Position numbers and translations under genes: made by a program
In this document: positions 1 to 9,284 of the stretch, in pieces
Layout of the letters: each line of letters begins with the position of its first letter
Position numbering within the stretch: position 1 is the first letter of the stretch
The notes under the pieces: generated by a model
Told to the model about the DNA's origin: nothing
The model's input: only the letters and a program-made list of their open reading frames with translations
Databases searched by the model: none
NCBI GenBank assembly: GCA_038851565.1
Contig: JAWCKV010000005.1
Span: 1 to 31,981, forward strand
Length of the DNA stretch: 31,981 nt
Reading direction: 5' to 3'
Source: Candidatus Hadarchaeales archaeon
GTDB taxonomy: Archaea; Hadarchaeota; Hadarchaeia; Hadarchaeales; Hadarchaeaceae

Positions 1-503
1 TCGTCCTCTCCGATCTTCCTCGCGGCATCCTCCTCAAGGCATATAGTGGGTATGGTGAACTCCATTCCTTCAATCCGAACGCGACCGTTCGTGGCCACGA
101 GCGCAGTGCGCTGGAATCCAGAGGGGTTGCTCCCGTCTATAACTATCTTCCGCATCGTGTGGACTTCATCAACAGGCCCCGCGTTGAGCATCAGCGCTAC
201 CTGCAGGCACACGTCTAGGGCATCCTCGTTGAGGTGGTGGGGTGGCTCACAGTCCAGCTCGACGAGGCAGGAGTTCTCCGTCACATGGTACCTGAAGCTC
301 TTCCCCCTGAGGGCCTCAGATATGGCCGCCCTGTCTATCTCCCCCATCTCGCTCTGCGAGGGGCGGAGTTTTCTTAGCACTACGATCTTTGGCTCCCCCT
401 CTGAAAGCCCGGACGGACACCCGCAGAAGAGCTTATTTGTGTCGAGCTCTTGATGGATCTCAAAGCCGACCCTGAGCCCCAGCCCAGAATAATCCGTCAC
501 CAT
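1..503 (-). CDS. gatE: Glu-tRNA(Gln) amidotransferase subunit E, 5' part (runs off the window start)
   Basis: Not in the ORF track. Translated by hand from ATG at 503: MVTDYSGLGLRVGFEIHQELDTNKLFCGCPS...LRPSQSEMGEIDRAA...CLVELDCEPPHHLN...RKIVIDGSNPSGFQRTALVA, which are typical GatE N-terminal motifs. gatD is nearby. Confidence 0.96.
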   Translation of the reverse strand, partial: MVTDYSGLGLRVGFEIHQELDTNKLFCGCPSGLSEGEPKIVVLRKLRPSQSEMGEIDRAAISEALRGKSFRYHVTENSCLVELDCEPPHHLNEDALDVCLQVALMLNAGPVDEVHTMRKIVIDGSNPSGFQRTALVATNGRVRIEGMEFTIPTICLEEDAARKIGED

Positions 504-573
504 GCGATCAGTTTCACTCTCGGCGGTCTGCTAAATATCTTTTAGGTGGAACACGGACTCTACTTGGGAAAAC

Positions 574-1470
574 GTGGAAATAGCAAAGCTGGCGCTGGTT
601 CCGGTCCTGCTGTTGGCGGGAATGCTCATCCGGGTGATCTTGAAGGGAGCAGGATGGAGATACCTACAGAGCTTCATAATTTACGTCACATATCCTCTCC
701 TCATGTTCACTGAGATGGTAAGGATGAACCTTGAGCTGCTCTCCCTCGCCAACGTCGTGATGGTTTCAGTCGCCTACATGATCCTGTGCTTTCTCATCAG
801 CACCCTTACATCCAGGGGGCTGGAGAGGAGGGGGAGGGGAACCGTTATCTTCAACTCCACTTTCTTCAACTCCATGTTCCTGCCATTCCCGATAATATAC
901 GCATTTTACGGGGATCTCTCCATCGCCCTTGTCTTCAGCCTTCCGTTCATGATAACCCATAATACCCTGGGCATCTACCTCGCCGCAAGATACGGCGGCA
1001 GGGGGGCGAAAAGCGCGATGATTGAATCCCTAACCTTTCCGCCCATTGTGGCCTTCGTGCTGGGGATTCTCTGCAGACCCCTCCTTTCCGGAGCCATGTC
1101 ATCGCCCATCTTCACCGCGCTGAACTCCACGGGAACGCTAACGGTATACCTCAGCCTGATATTGGCGGGGCTGATGATTCCCGTCTCCGCAGAGACCATA
1201 AGGCTCAGGAAAAGGGTGCCACTGCTCATAACAATTAACCGTCTTGTGATATCCCCGGTCACGTGCGTGCTGCTCATCCTCCTGCTGGGCCTGGATGGGC
1301 TGTTCAAAAACACCCTCATCGTGATGTCCATAATGCCGACCGCCTTCACCAACGTGATAATAGCTTCAAAGTTTGGACTGGACGTTGAGGGCACGGTTCA
1401 GAGCCTGCTCCTCCCAACCATAATCAGCCTTTCTCTGGCATTCTTGCTCAGGTTCTCCGGAGTGCTATGA
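574..1470 (+). CDS. AEC (auxin efflux carrier / malate permease-like) family transporter
   Basis: 298 aa with about 10 hydrophobic segments. Motifs FFNSMFLPFPI, LTFPPIVAFVLG and MPTAFTNVIIASKFG match the AEC family pattern. Confidence 0.85.
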   Translation: MEIAKLALVPVLLLAGMLIRVILKGAGWRYLQSFIIYVTYPLLMFTEMVRMNLELLSLANVVMVSVAYMILCFLISTLTSRGLERRGRGTVIFNSTFFNSMFLPFPIIYAFYGDLSIALVFSLPFMITHNTLGIYLAARYGGRGAKSAMIESLTFPPIVAFVLGILCRPLLSGAMSSPIFTALNSTGTLTVYLSLILAGLMIPVSAETIRLRKRVPLLITINRLVISPVTCVLLILLLGLDGLFKNTLIVMSIMPTAFTNVIIASKFGLDVEGTVQSLLLPTIISLSLAFLLRFSGVL

Positions 1471-2802
1471 CCACTTCAGCCGCTGGGAGTCATAGGTCTC
1501 CGGAAGCGTTCTGCTGGTCATCTCCCCGGCTATGTTCGTTCCCATGATCTGCCTTATTTTTTCCACATTCCTTGTCTGGCCTAATGCCCACATCAGCTTG
1601 ACCCAGGCTGTTTCGGGCAGCATGTCCTCCCCGGGGATCACGCCCAAGGCAAGCAGGTCCCTCCCGGTGGAGTAAACCTTCATGTCAACCCTCCCCCATA
1701 TGCACTGGGAGGTCATGACTACTGGTATTCCGGCATCGACCGCCTTCTTCACCCCCTTGAAGAGTCCCTCGGGAACATGCCCAAGACCGGTGCCCTCTAT
1801 CACGAATCCCCTGTAACCCATCCTGATCATGCCAAGCATCAGATCCGAGGAGATGCCGGGAGTAGCCTTCAGCAGGGCGACCTTCCTCTCAAATTTCCCC
1901 TTTATGGTCATCCTCCCTGTGGCGCTGGCGCGATTATAGTCGCTCCTAAGCATCTCTATTCTCGTCCCCCTCACGATGCCGAGTGGAAGATCGTTCACGG
2001 TGAGAAAGGCATCTCTTCGGCTTGTGTGACATTTCCTCACCTTTGTTCCCCTGTGGATGAGGCAGTGGTCGTCGCTCATCGAGCCATGCATCACAGCTGT
2101 GACCTCAGCGATATCTGAATTTGCTGCCACGCTGACGGCGGAGAGCAGGTTGAGGGCGGCGTCGCTGCTGGGCCTGTCTGAGGAGCGCTGGGCCCCCACC
2201 AGCACCACTGGCCTATAGAGTCCTCTCAACATGAAGCTGAGGGCGGCCGCAGTGTACCCCATTGTGTCCGTGCCATGCGCGATCACAACTCCCGATGCGC
2301 CCCTCCTTATCTCCCGGGCTGCTGTCCTTCCTATACTCACCCACAGGTCCGGAGTCATGTGCTCGCTGAAAACGTTGCAAACCTCGATTACCCTTATATC
2401 GGCAACTTCGGCCAGCTCCGGCACCGCTCCGTATATCTCCTCCGGAGTGAAGGCTGGATAGACCGCGCCGGTTCTGTAATCCACCCTGCTCGCTATCGTC
2501 CCACCGGTGCCTAGGATGGTCACAGATCTATCCTGCGCCCTTCTGGCCGGGAGCTGAGGCTTTTCCAGGGAAGGGGGTTTTCCCCTCTCAACAAGGGAGA
2601 TCTTCGTGGTGCCCGAAATTCTCACTCCAATGTTGTACCCGTTCTTCAGCTTCAGCACCAGGTGGTTCGGCATGCCAAGTTCAGCGCGGGGCATGAGGAC
2701 CCCCTCGTATTTTCTCCCCCGGTCCTCCACTACTATGCGGTCGCCGACCCTCACCGAGAACCTTCTGAGCATGCGAAGAGCCAGGCCGGAGTATCCAAAC
2801 AT
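1465..2802 (-). CDS. gatD: Glu-tRNA(Gln) amidotransferase subunit D
   Basis: GatD N-terminal motif LKLKNGYNIG plus asparaginase-fold motifs GTGGTIASRVDYRTGAV, HGTDTM, GAQRSSDRPSSD and KCHTSRRDAF. Confidence 0.97.
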   Translation of the reverse strand: MFGYSGLALRMLRRFSVRVGDRIVVEDRGRKYEGVLMPRAELGMPNHLVLKLKNGYNIGVRISGTTKISLVERGKPPSLEKPQLPARRAQDRSVTILGTGGTIASRVDYRTGAVYPAFTPEEIYGAVPELAEVADIRVIEVCNVFSEHMTPDLWVSIGRTAAREIRRGASGVVIAHGTDTMGYTAAALSFMLRGLYRPVVLVGAQRSSDRPSSDAALNLLSAVSVAANSDIAEVTAVMHGSMSDDHCLIHRGTKVRKCHTSRRDAFLTVNDLPLGIVRGTRIEMLRSDYNRASATGRMTIKGKFERKVALLKATPGISSDLMLGMIRMGYRGFVIEGTGLGHVPEGLFKGVKKAVDAGIPVVMTSQCIWGRVDMKVYSTGRDLLALGVIPGEDMLPETAWVKLMWALGQTRNVEKIRQIMGTNIAGEMTSRTLPETYDSQRLKWS

Positions 2803-2851
2803 GCTCCCATATGAAATGCATCTCAGGACTTAAATCGGTGCTACATGCGCC

Positions 2852-3334
2852 TCAAGTGACCATGAAGTTCTTGATCCTCCCGTGAACATCCATCTCCCCA
2901 TACCTTATCCTGATGGAGGAGATCGGCGTGCCGTCCTGTGCCAGAACGTATGGCACCTCCACTATGTCAAGAGGCTTCATGCCCCTCTCGATCCTCTTCC
3001 TGTTTATCTCCTCGGCTGTGGCCCTCGTGCCGGGGCTGACCACTATTGCATCTATTTCCGGCCTCGCCACGGCCGGGCCGAAGGCATCTTCCAGTATTGT
3101 CAGCTCCGTCCTCTCGAGCCAGCCGTTCTCGGAGATGAACTTCAGCACATCAAGGGCCCTGACCGGCAGCGGCCTAACGCCAGCCGAGTCCTTTCTCAGG
3201 AGCTCCTGCATCCTATCTGAACATAGCCCGAGAACCACGCGTTCCCCTATCTCATATGCCCTGGATATTAGGGCCCTGTGCCCATCGTGGAAATAGTCGA
3301 AGGTCCCCCCGACCGCCACGTTCTTGTATTTCAC
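2852..3334 (-). CDS. coaD: Archaeal phosphopantetheine adenylyltransferase
   Basis: VAVGGTFDYFHDGH (HxGH motif), DAFGPA, IVVS and ISSIRIRYGEMD. Likely start is GTG at 3334, overlapping the proA stop (GTGA) with GGAGG upstream, rather than 3370. Confidence 0.9.
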   Translation of the reverse strand: MKYKNVAVGGTFDYFHDGHRALISRAYEIGERVVLGLCSDRMQELLRKDSAGVRPLPVRALDVLKFISENGWLERTELTILEDAFGPAVARPEIDAIVVSPGTRATAEEINRKRIERGMKPLDIVEVPYVLAQDGTPISSIRIRYGEMDVHGRIKNFMVT

Positions 3335-4674
3335 CTGCCGCCCTCCATGGAGGAAACCACATCCCTCCATTCCCTCTGAATGCGCCTGTGGGTGAATGGC
3401 CTGGCGCCGGGGCCTATGTAATCCCCAACCACGTGACCGTTGCCAACGAGGTAGTACTTGGTCGTGGTCAGGCCTTCAAGCCCAACAGGCCCCCTGGCGT
3501 GTATCTTGCCTGTGCTTATTCCCACCTCAGCGCCCAGGCCATACCTGTAGCCATCGCTGAACCTTGTGGACGCGTTCACCATCACGGATGAGGAGTCAAC
3601 CGAGCTAAGGAACTTCGCGGCATTCCTCATGTTCTTCGTGATAATTGCATCTGTGTGCTTTGAGCCATACGTGTTTATGTGGGCTATCGCCTGCTGGATA
3701 TCGTCAACAACCTTTATGGCTATGATGAGGTCCAGATATTCGGCCCTCCAGTCCTTTTCGGTGGCCCTCTTGGCCTCCTTCACTATCGCCCTGGTCCTCT
3801 CACATCCCCTTATCTCAACGCCTGCCTTCCTGTAGGCCTCGGCCATCATGGGCAGGAACCTCTCAGCTATCCTCCTGTGGACCAGCAGTTTCTCCACGGC
3901 GTTGCACACCGCCGGGTACTGCACCTTGGCATCCAAGCACACCTTCACGGCCGTCTCCAGGTCGGCATCCTCATCGACATATATGTGGCATATCCCCTCC
4001 GCGTGACCGAGCACCGGTATCCTGGTATTCGCCTGGATGTACTTCACGAATTCCCTGCTTCCCCTGGGAACCAACAGGTCGATGTATTCGTCGAGCTTCA
4101 GAAGTTCCCTGACCTCGCTTCTCTCCTCGATCATCTGTATCCATCCTCTGGGCACGCCCGCCTCCTCGCTGGCCTCCCTGATTATCCCAAGTAGGGCCCT
4201 GTTTGTGTTCTTCGCCTCTCTTCCTCCCTTCAGCACCACCGCGTTTCCGGACTTCAGGCAGAGAGAGGAAAGCTGCGGAAGCACATCTGGCCTTGCCTCA
4301 AATATCGCGCCGATCACGCCTATCGGACAGGAGACCTTGTACAGCTCAAGTCCGCTGTCCATCTCCATCGCGTACAGCGTTCTGCCGAGGGGATCATCCA
4401 GCGCCGCCACGCTCTCGACCATCTTCACAATATCTCCCACCTTGGACTCATCGAGCTTGAGCCTCTGTATCATGGCCTTGGTAACCTCTCCCCTCCTCAG
4501 CATCCTGTCGGCTGCCCTCAGGTCATCGGAGTTCGCCCGCAGAACCTCATCCCTTCTATCCCATATGGACAAAGCGATCTTGCGGAGCGCTCGGTTCCTG
4601 ACATCACCTGAAAGGGTGGCAAGCCTCATGGCCGCATCTCTTGCCTCCCTGACCTTCTCAACCACCCTCTTCAT
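3331..4674 (-). CDS. proA: Gamma-glutamyl phosphate reductase
   Basis: PIGVIGAIFEARP, LKSGNAVVLKGGREA, catalytic CNAVE, NASTRFSDG and GAEVGISTGKIHARGPVGL. Confidence 0.97.
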   Translation of the reverse strand: MKRVVEKVREARDAAMRLATLSGDVRNRALRKIALSIWDRRDEVLRANSDDLRAADRMLRRGEVTKAMIQRLKLDESKVGDIVKMVESVAALDDPLGRTLYAMEMDSGLELYKVSCPIGVIGAIFEARPDVLPQLSSLCLKSGNAVVLKGGREAKNTNRALLGIIREASEEAGVPRGWIQMIEERSEVRELLKLDEYIDLLVPRGSREFVKYIQANTRIPVLGHAEGICHIYVDEDADLETAVKVCLDAKVQYPAVCNAVEKLLVHRRIAERFLPMMAEAYRKAGVEIRGCERTRAIVKEAKRATEKDWRAEYLDLIIAIKVVDDIQQAIAHINTYGSKHTDAIITKNMRNAAKFLSSVDSSSVMVNASTRFSDGYRYGLGAEVGISTGKIHARGPVGLEGLTTTKYYLVGNGHVVGDYIGPGARPFTHRRIQREWRDVVSSMEGGR

Positions 4675-5470
4675 CTGCTCCCCCCGGAAGGAACAGGGTG
4701 CCTATCTCCTCCCCCTTCACTATCCTCTCGAGGACGTTATTCTCGCTGGAGTTGGCGATTATCACCGGTATCTTCGATCTCACCGCGATCTTGGCCGCCC
4801 TTATCTTCGTGCCCATGCCGCCGAATCCCCTGTAGTTCTTTTCGGCTAGCCCCTCTATTCTCCTGGTTATCCTTTCCACGACCCTTATCAGTTTTTTCCT
4901 TCCCCTTCCATACCCCTCGTAGAGCCCATCCACATCCGAAAGTATGATCAGCAGATCTGCGCAGGAGCCAACCGCCACGTAGGCTGAGAGGGTGTCGTTG
5001 TCACCGAGCCTTATCTCCTCAACCTCAACGCTGTCGTTCTCGTTGATTATCGGCACCACGCCCCAGCTGAGCAGCGTGCGCATCGCATTTCTGAAGTTCT
5101 GGTACCTCCTCCTGTCGATGAAGTCCTCACCCGTGAGCAGCATTTGCGCCACCGGCTGCTCGTACTCGCCGAAATACTTTGAGTAGACCTGCATCAATAT
5201 CCCCTGGCCAACGGCTGCGGCGGCCTGGAGCTTTGGCATGTCCTTTGGCCGCCCTTTGAGGTTCAGCCTCCCAACACCTGCCCCTATGGCGCCAGATGAA
5301 ACGAGCAGCACTTCCTTTCCCATGCTCCTGAGCTTCATCACCTCTCTGACAAGCCTGCCCACCTTGGCGGGATCCAGCCTGCCCATTCCATTTGTTATGC
5401 TAGTGGTCCCAACCTTTACCACGATCCTCTTCGCTTGGAGAAGCCCGCGCCTCACTTCGTCGGCCTTCAT
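4658..5470 (-). CDS. proB: Glutamate 5-kinase (short form, no PUA domain)
   Basis: RIVVKVGT, VSSGAIGAG, QAAAAVGQ, PIINENDSV, GDNDTLSA and GGMGTK. The 270-aa protein ends just after IGTLF. Confidence 0.96.
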   Translation of the reverse strand: MKADEVRRGLLQAKRIVVKVGTTSITNGMGRLDPAKVGRLVREVMKLRSMGKEVLLVSSGAIGAGVGRLNLKGRPKDMPKLQAAAAVGQGILMQVYSKYFGEYEQPVAQMLLTGEDFIDRRRYQNFRNAMRTLLSWGVVPIINENDSVEVEEIRLGDNDTLSAYVAVGSCADLLIILSDVDGLYEGYGRGRKKLIRVVERITRRIEGLAEKNYRGFGGMGTKIRAAKIAVRSKIPVIIANSSENNVLERIVKGEEIGTLFLPGGADEEGG

Positions 5471-5511
5471 ATCGCTCCCATACAGTTTCTTTCATCCACA
5501 TAAATACATCT

Positions 5512-6045
5512 TCACTTAACCGCAACGCAGAAGTCGTCCTCGGAGCCCGCTATCTCGCCGGACTTCACCGGCCTCATCCCCGCGAGCTTTACCCACTGCT
5601 CAATCTGGCTAAACCTGTGCTTCTTCCTCAACGATGTAATCACGGATACCCCTCCCTCCTTCAGAACTCTCCCAACCTCGCGTACCGCGCGCCCGGGGCT
5701 CGGAAGGTTCTGAAGTACGGTCATGCTGAGCACGAGGTCGAAGACGCCGTCCGCGAACGGGAGGTTTTCCGCATCGCCCCTCACGAGAAAAACGTTCCCC
5801 CTCCGCCTTGCGAGCCCAAGCATTTCTCTGGAGATGTCAAGCCCAACCACAACCCTCGCCCTTCTGATGAGCCAATCGAAGAACAGCCCGCTCCCGCATC
5901 CAAGGTCTAGGGCCAACCCACATTTCTCCGGAAGCCACTTCTCAATCGCCCTGTACTTATCGACCTGAATCCCTGAATACCGCCTCTCATAGATGTGCGC
6001 CGTCTCATCGTATCTCGCCATCAATTCGGATTTTCGGGAAGCCAT
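5512..6045 (-). CDS. Class I SAM-dependent methyltransferase (Methyltransf_11-like)
   Basis: LDLGCGSG, GLDISREML, GDAENLPFADGVFDLV and RVLKEGG. ATG at 6045 preferred as start. Confidence 0.9.
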   Translation of the reverse strand: MASRKSELMARYDETAHIYERRYSGIQVDKYRAIEKWLPEKCGLALDLGCGSGLFFDWLIRRARVVVGLDISREMLGLARRRGNVFLVRGDAENLPFADGVFDLVLSMTVLQNLPSPGRAVREVGRVLKEGGVSVITSLRKKHRFSQIEQWVKLAGMRPVKSGEIAGSEDDFCVAVK

Positions 6046-6080
6046 CGTATGCAATTAATACCCTGCCCGGTAAATCTCTG

Positions 6081-7163
6081 GTGGGTCGGATGAGGAAACG
6101 CATATCCCGAGTAAGGGCGGAGATGTCTCGAAGGGGGCTGGACGCCTTCATAACCACAAAAAGCGTGAGGTATCTATCCGGGACGACTGCGGGAAAAGCA
6201 GTGATAGTTCCGCTCGACGGCGAGCCGGTGCTGATATGCAGCAGGCTTGAACTGGGCATGGCAAAGAAAGAGAGCAGGATAAGGAACGTCATCGCGTTCT
6301 CATCGTGGCGCTCCCCCCTCATGCCTGGGGAAAACGTCAGATTTTGCGAAGCATGGCAGATCATCGCCGAATGCCTCCGGGGATATGGGTCCAGATCAGT
6401 CGGCCACGATGGCCTCGCCACCGAAACCCTGAGAAAACTGCGCTCGATACACGCCGCATCCTACAGAGGGATGCCGGCTCTAATGTGGGACGTAAGGAAG
6501 GTGAAGTTTCCCGAGGAGCTGGCGATGCTCCGGGCCTCCGCTAAAATAGCGGCAAAGGGCATGAAATGCGCCGGGGAGTGCATCTCGCCGGGAAGATCAG
6601 AGCTGGAGGTGGCGGCCGATGCAGAAAGGGAGATGAGGCTGGCAGGCTCCGAGGGCACTCCGTTCGGAACGATAGTGGCATCTGGGCCGAATTCCTGGAT
6701 GCCCCATGCCCGAACAGGCGAGAGGAGGATCAAAAGGGGAGACCTAGTGGTTGTTGACCTCGGTGCGATCTTCAGAGGGTATGCATCCGACATGACCCGA
6801 ACTTTCTCGCTTGGGGCCGACAAAAAAGCCGAGAGGATGATTGAGGTGGTGCGCAGGGCACAGAGGGCCGGAATTTCAAGGGTCAGAGAAAGAGCGCGTG
6901 CGTGCGATGTAGATGAAGCGGTTAGAAGGACCATCTCAGGATCCGGTTTCTCCCGCTATTGCCTCCACGGAAGTGGACACGGGGTGGGCATGGACATCCA
7001 CGAGCCTCCAAGCCTTGCCCCCAACTCAAGGGATGTCCTGCAGAGAAGGATGGTGGTAACCGTTGAGCCCGGAGTCTATGTTCCTGGGATCGGTGGTGCC
7101 AGGTGGGAGGACATGGTGGAAGTTGAATCAAAGGGGTGCTCTGTTCTGACGCACCTCAGATGA
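6081..7163 (+). CDS. pepQ: Xaa-Pro peptidase / prolidase (M24B family)
   Basis: Creatinase-like N-domain, then metal-ligand motifs VDLGA, YASDMTRT, HGSGHGVGMDIHEPP, TVEPGVY and GARWED. Confidence 0.9.
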   Translation: MGRMRKRISRVRAEMSRRGLDAFITTKSVRYLSGTTAGKAVIVPLDGEPVLICSRLELGMAKKESRIRNVIAFSSWRSPLMPGENVRFCEAWQIIAECLRGYGSRSVGHDGLATETLRKLRSIHAASYRGMPALMWDVRKVKFPEELAMLRASAKIAAKGMKCAGECISPGRSELEVAADAEREMRLAGSEGTPFGTIVASGPNSWMPHARTGERRIKRGDLVVVDLGAIFRGYASDMTRTFSLGADKKAERMIEVVRRAQRAGISRVRERARACDVDEAVRRTISGSGFSRYCLHGSGHGVGMDIHEPPSLAPNSRDVLQRRMVVTVEPGVYVPGIGGARWEDMVEVESKGCSVLTHLR

Positions 7164-7437
7164 CCAGCAGAACCTTTCCGGTCCACACCCAGAAAATTGC
7201 CAGCAGAAAGAGAATTGAGATCACCAGCAGCCCGGTGCCCCACTTCGCTGCCTGTGCCCGTATGCATATGTAACCAAATGCTCCGGTCGCCGCTATGAGA
7301 CCTATTAGAACTAATGTCAGGACTATCTGCCCCACGAGCCTGACTAGGTCCCCGAAAACACCTGTGAGGGAGATCACAGGCAGCACTACTAGCAGAACAA
7401 CTATCAGCCCCAGCAATATCCACCCTCTCACTTTCAC
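7156..7437 (-). CDS. Small membrane protein with about 3 TM helices, unknown function
   Basis: 93 aa, almost entirely hydrophobic. GTG start downstream of GAGGAG/AGGT sequence. Converges on pepQ with an 8-nt overlap. Confidence 0.7.
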   Translation of the reverse strand: MKVRGWILLGLIVVLLVVLPVISLTGVFGDLVRLVGQIVLTLVLIGLIAATGAFGYICIRAQAAKWGTGLLVISILFLLAIFWVWTGKVLLVI

Positions 7438-7553
7438 ACCTAAATTACTCCTCTTGAGCTCCTTTTAAATTATTCTAATATTCTAAATATCGGGCGACGC
7501 CAGCGGCTAACGTCCCTGACTGTAATGAATTCAATTTAAACCTGTCTACCATC

Positions 7554-7593
7554 TTTATATACCCCTTAGTATAATATGAATAAAAATTCATGT
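7554..7593 (+). promoter_or_regulatory. acr3 promoter (TATA box) and ArsR/SmtB-type operator
   Basis: TTTATATA at 7554-7561. Perfect inverted repeat ATGAAT-AAAA-ATTCAT at 7576-7591 (TGAA-N6-TTCA core) lies over the expected transcription start. SD-like GAGGT at 7594-7598. Confidence 0.75.
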
Positions 7594-7604
7594 GAGGTTG
7601 GACC

Positions 7605-8690
7605 GTGCAGGATGAAATAAAACTCGGCCTGTGGGAGAAATACCTAACCCTTTGGGTAGCGCTCTCGATTGTAGCTGGCATGCTCATAGGGAAAACCTTT
7701 CCTCTGCTCTCGCAGATCCTAGCTGAATTCAAGGTTGCACAAGTTTCCATCCCAATAGCCATCTGTCTATTTTTCATGATCTATCCCATTATGGTCCAAA
7801 TTGACTTCAAAGAGGTTAAAAAAGCGATAAGGTCGCCAAAACCTGTGGGGCTAACGCTTTTCATGAACTGGGCAGTGAAACCGTTCACTATGGCGCTCTT
7901 CGCTTGGTTTTCCCTAAGCGTCCTATTCGGGCAATTCCTGACGCCAGAGCAAATCCAGCAGTACTATGCCGGGATGATACTGCTCGGGGTGGCTCCATGC
8001 ACAGCAATGGTATTGGTGTGGAGCTATTTGGCTAGGGGAAATGTTGCTCACACGCTGGTGATGACAGCAATAAACTCCTTGACCATGGTTATCCTCTATG
8101 CACCGCTGGCGACTTTCCTGCTGGGTATTTCAGGCATTGTCGTGCCATGGTCCACCATAGCCCTGACGGTCACTATATATATTGTCACCCCGCTGGTGGC
8201 AGGTTACTATACGAGAAAAATTGCAATTGAAAGGAAAGGACTCGGGTGGTTCAAGAAAAAGCTCGTCCCGCCTCTGGGCAAGACTGCCATTGCTGCCCTG
8301 CTGATGACATTGGTCGTGCTCTTCTCCTACCAGGGACATCTCCTCCTTGCAATTCCAGTAATAATTGGCGTGATAACCATCGGCATCTTCGCCAACATCC
8401 TCACCGTCTTCGCGATTCCATACATTATCTCTAGAAAAATACATCTTCCCTATGAAGAAGCTGCTCCGGTGGCGATAATAGCCGGGAGTAACCATTTTGA
8501 GGTCGCCGTGGCCGTGGCCATAACCTTGTTCGGTGTGCAATCCGGGGCCGCTCTGGCCACAGTAGTCGGGGTCCTGACCGAAGTCCCCCTGATGCTCTTC
8601 ATAGTCTGGCTCTGCAAACGAACCCGCAGCTACTTTGACTCGGGCCTTTTAAATGCCCCCCACACGATGAACAACTGGAGCCATGAATGA
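7605..8690 (+). CDS. acr3: ACR3-family arsenite efflux transporter
   Basis: EKYLTLWV, SIPIAICLFFMIYPIM, NWAVKPFTM, APCTAMVLVW and SNHFEVAVAVAI. Confidence 0.95.
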   Translation: MQDEIKLGLWEKYLTLWVALSIVAGMLIGKTFPLLSQILAEFKVAQVSIPIAICLFFMIYPIMVQIDFKEVKKAIRSPKPVGLTLFMNWAVKPFTMALFAWFSLSVLFGQFLTPEQIQQYYAGMILLGVAPCTAMVLVWSYLARGNVAHTLVMTAINSLTMVILYAPLATFLLGISGIVVPWSTIALTVTIYIVTPLVAGYYTRKIAIERKGLGWFKKKLVPPLGKTAIAALLMTLVVLFSYQGHLLLAIPVIIGVITIGIFANILTVFAIPYIISRKIHLPYEEAAPVAIIAGSNHFEVAVAVAITLFGVQSGAALATVVGVLTEVPLMLFIVWLCKRTRSYFDSGLLNAPHTMNNWSHE

Positions 8691-8968
8691 AAATGGACAA
8701 ACAGATCATGCTCCTGAAATGTGTGGGCGACAAAACGCGGCTCAAAATTCTCCATTTATTGAAAAAGAGAGAGCGGTGCGTTTGTGACATTGTGAATGAA
8801 ACTGGGCTAGAACAATCACTGGTCTCGCACCACCTCCGAGAAATGAGAAAGTGCGGAATCGTTAGAACACGGCAGGAGGGCAAGAGAGTGATATATCGAC
8901 TCGCCGATGTTTCAATCATAAAGTTCTTAGATGAGGTGAAAACTCTTTCCAATAAGTTCTGCAAGTGA
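8687..8968 (+). CDS. arsR: ArsR/SmtB-family metalloregulator
   Basis: DKTRLKIL, ERCVCDI (alpha3 metal-site motif) and QSLVSHHL wHTH. ATGA overlap with acr3. Confidence 0.92.
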   Translation: MKMDKQIMLLKCVGDKTRLKILHLLKKRERCVCDIVNETGLEQSLVSHHLREMRKCGIVRTRQEGKRVIYRLADVSIIKFLDEVKTLSNKFCK

Positions 8969-9084
8969 CTCATTTGCTCAAACCTAAAAATATTGGGGAT
9001 AAGTCAACAGGACAAAAAATGAAAACAAAAAATACTGTGGGAGGCCAAAGCGTTCATGGCCTCAACCGCATGCCCGATTGCTCA

Positions 9085-9258
9085 TTAAGCACCGGGCCTG
9101 GACGTCCTGCGCTTCTGCCAGCAGGTCTGGCAGTAAACAGGCCTTCCCTCGGTAGGCTTGAACGGCACCTCGCACTCCGCGCCGCAGTCGGAGCACACCG
9201 CCTTGTGCATCTCGCGGGGTCCGAACCTTCTCGGCCTACCGAACCTTCCATACGCCAT
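9085..9258 (-). CDS. CxxC-x17-CxxC zinc-ribbon small protein (57 aa)
   Basis: Not in the ORF track. Manual translation: MAYGRFGRPRRFGPREMHKAVCSDCGAECEVPFKPTEGRPVYCQTCWQKRRTSRPGA*. GAGGAG SD upstream; T-rich tracts downstream on the minus strand. Confidence 0.92.
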   Translation of the reverse strand: MAYGRFGRPRRFGPREMHKAVCSDCGAECEVPFKPTEGRPVYCQTCWQKRRTSRPGA

Positions 9259-9284
9259 TTTCCTACTCTCCTCTTTTCTTTTTC

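Noticed and set aside
46..453. 135-aa plus-strand ORF
   Set aside because: Antisense shadow of gatE.
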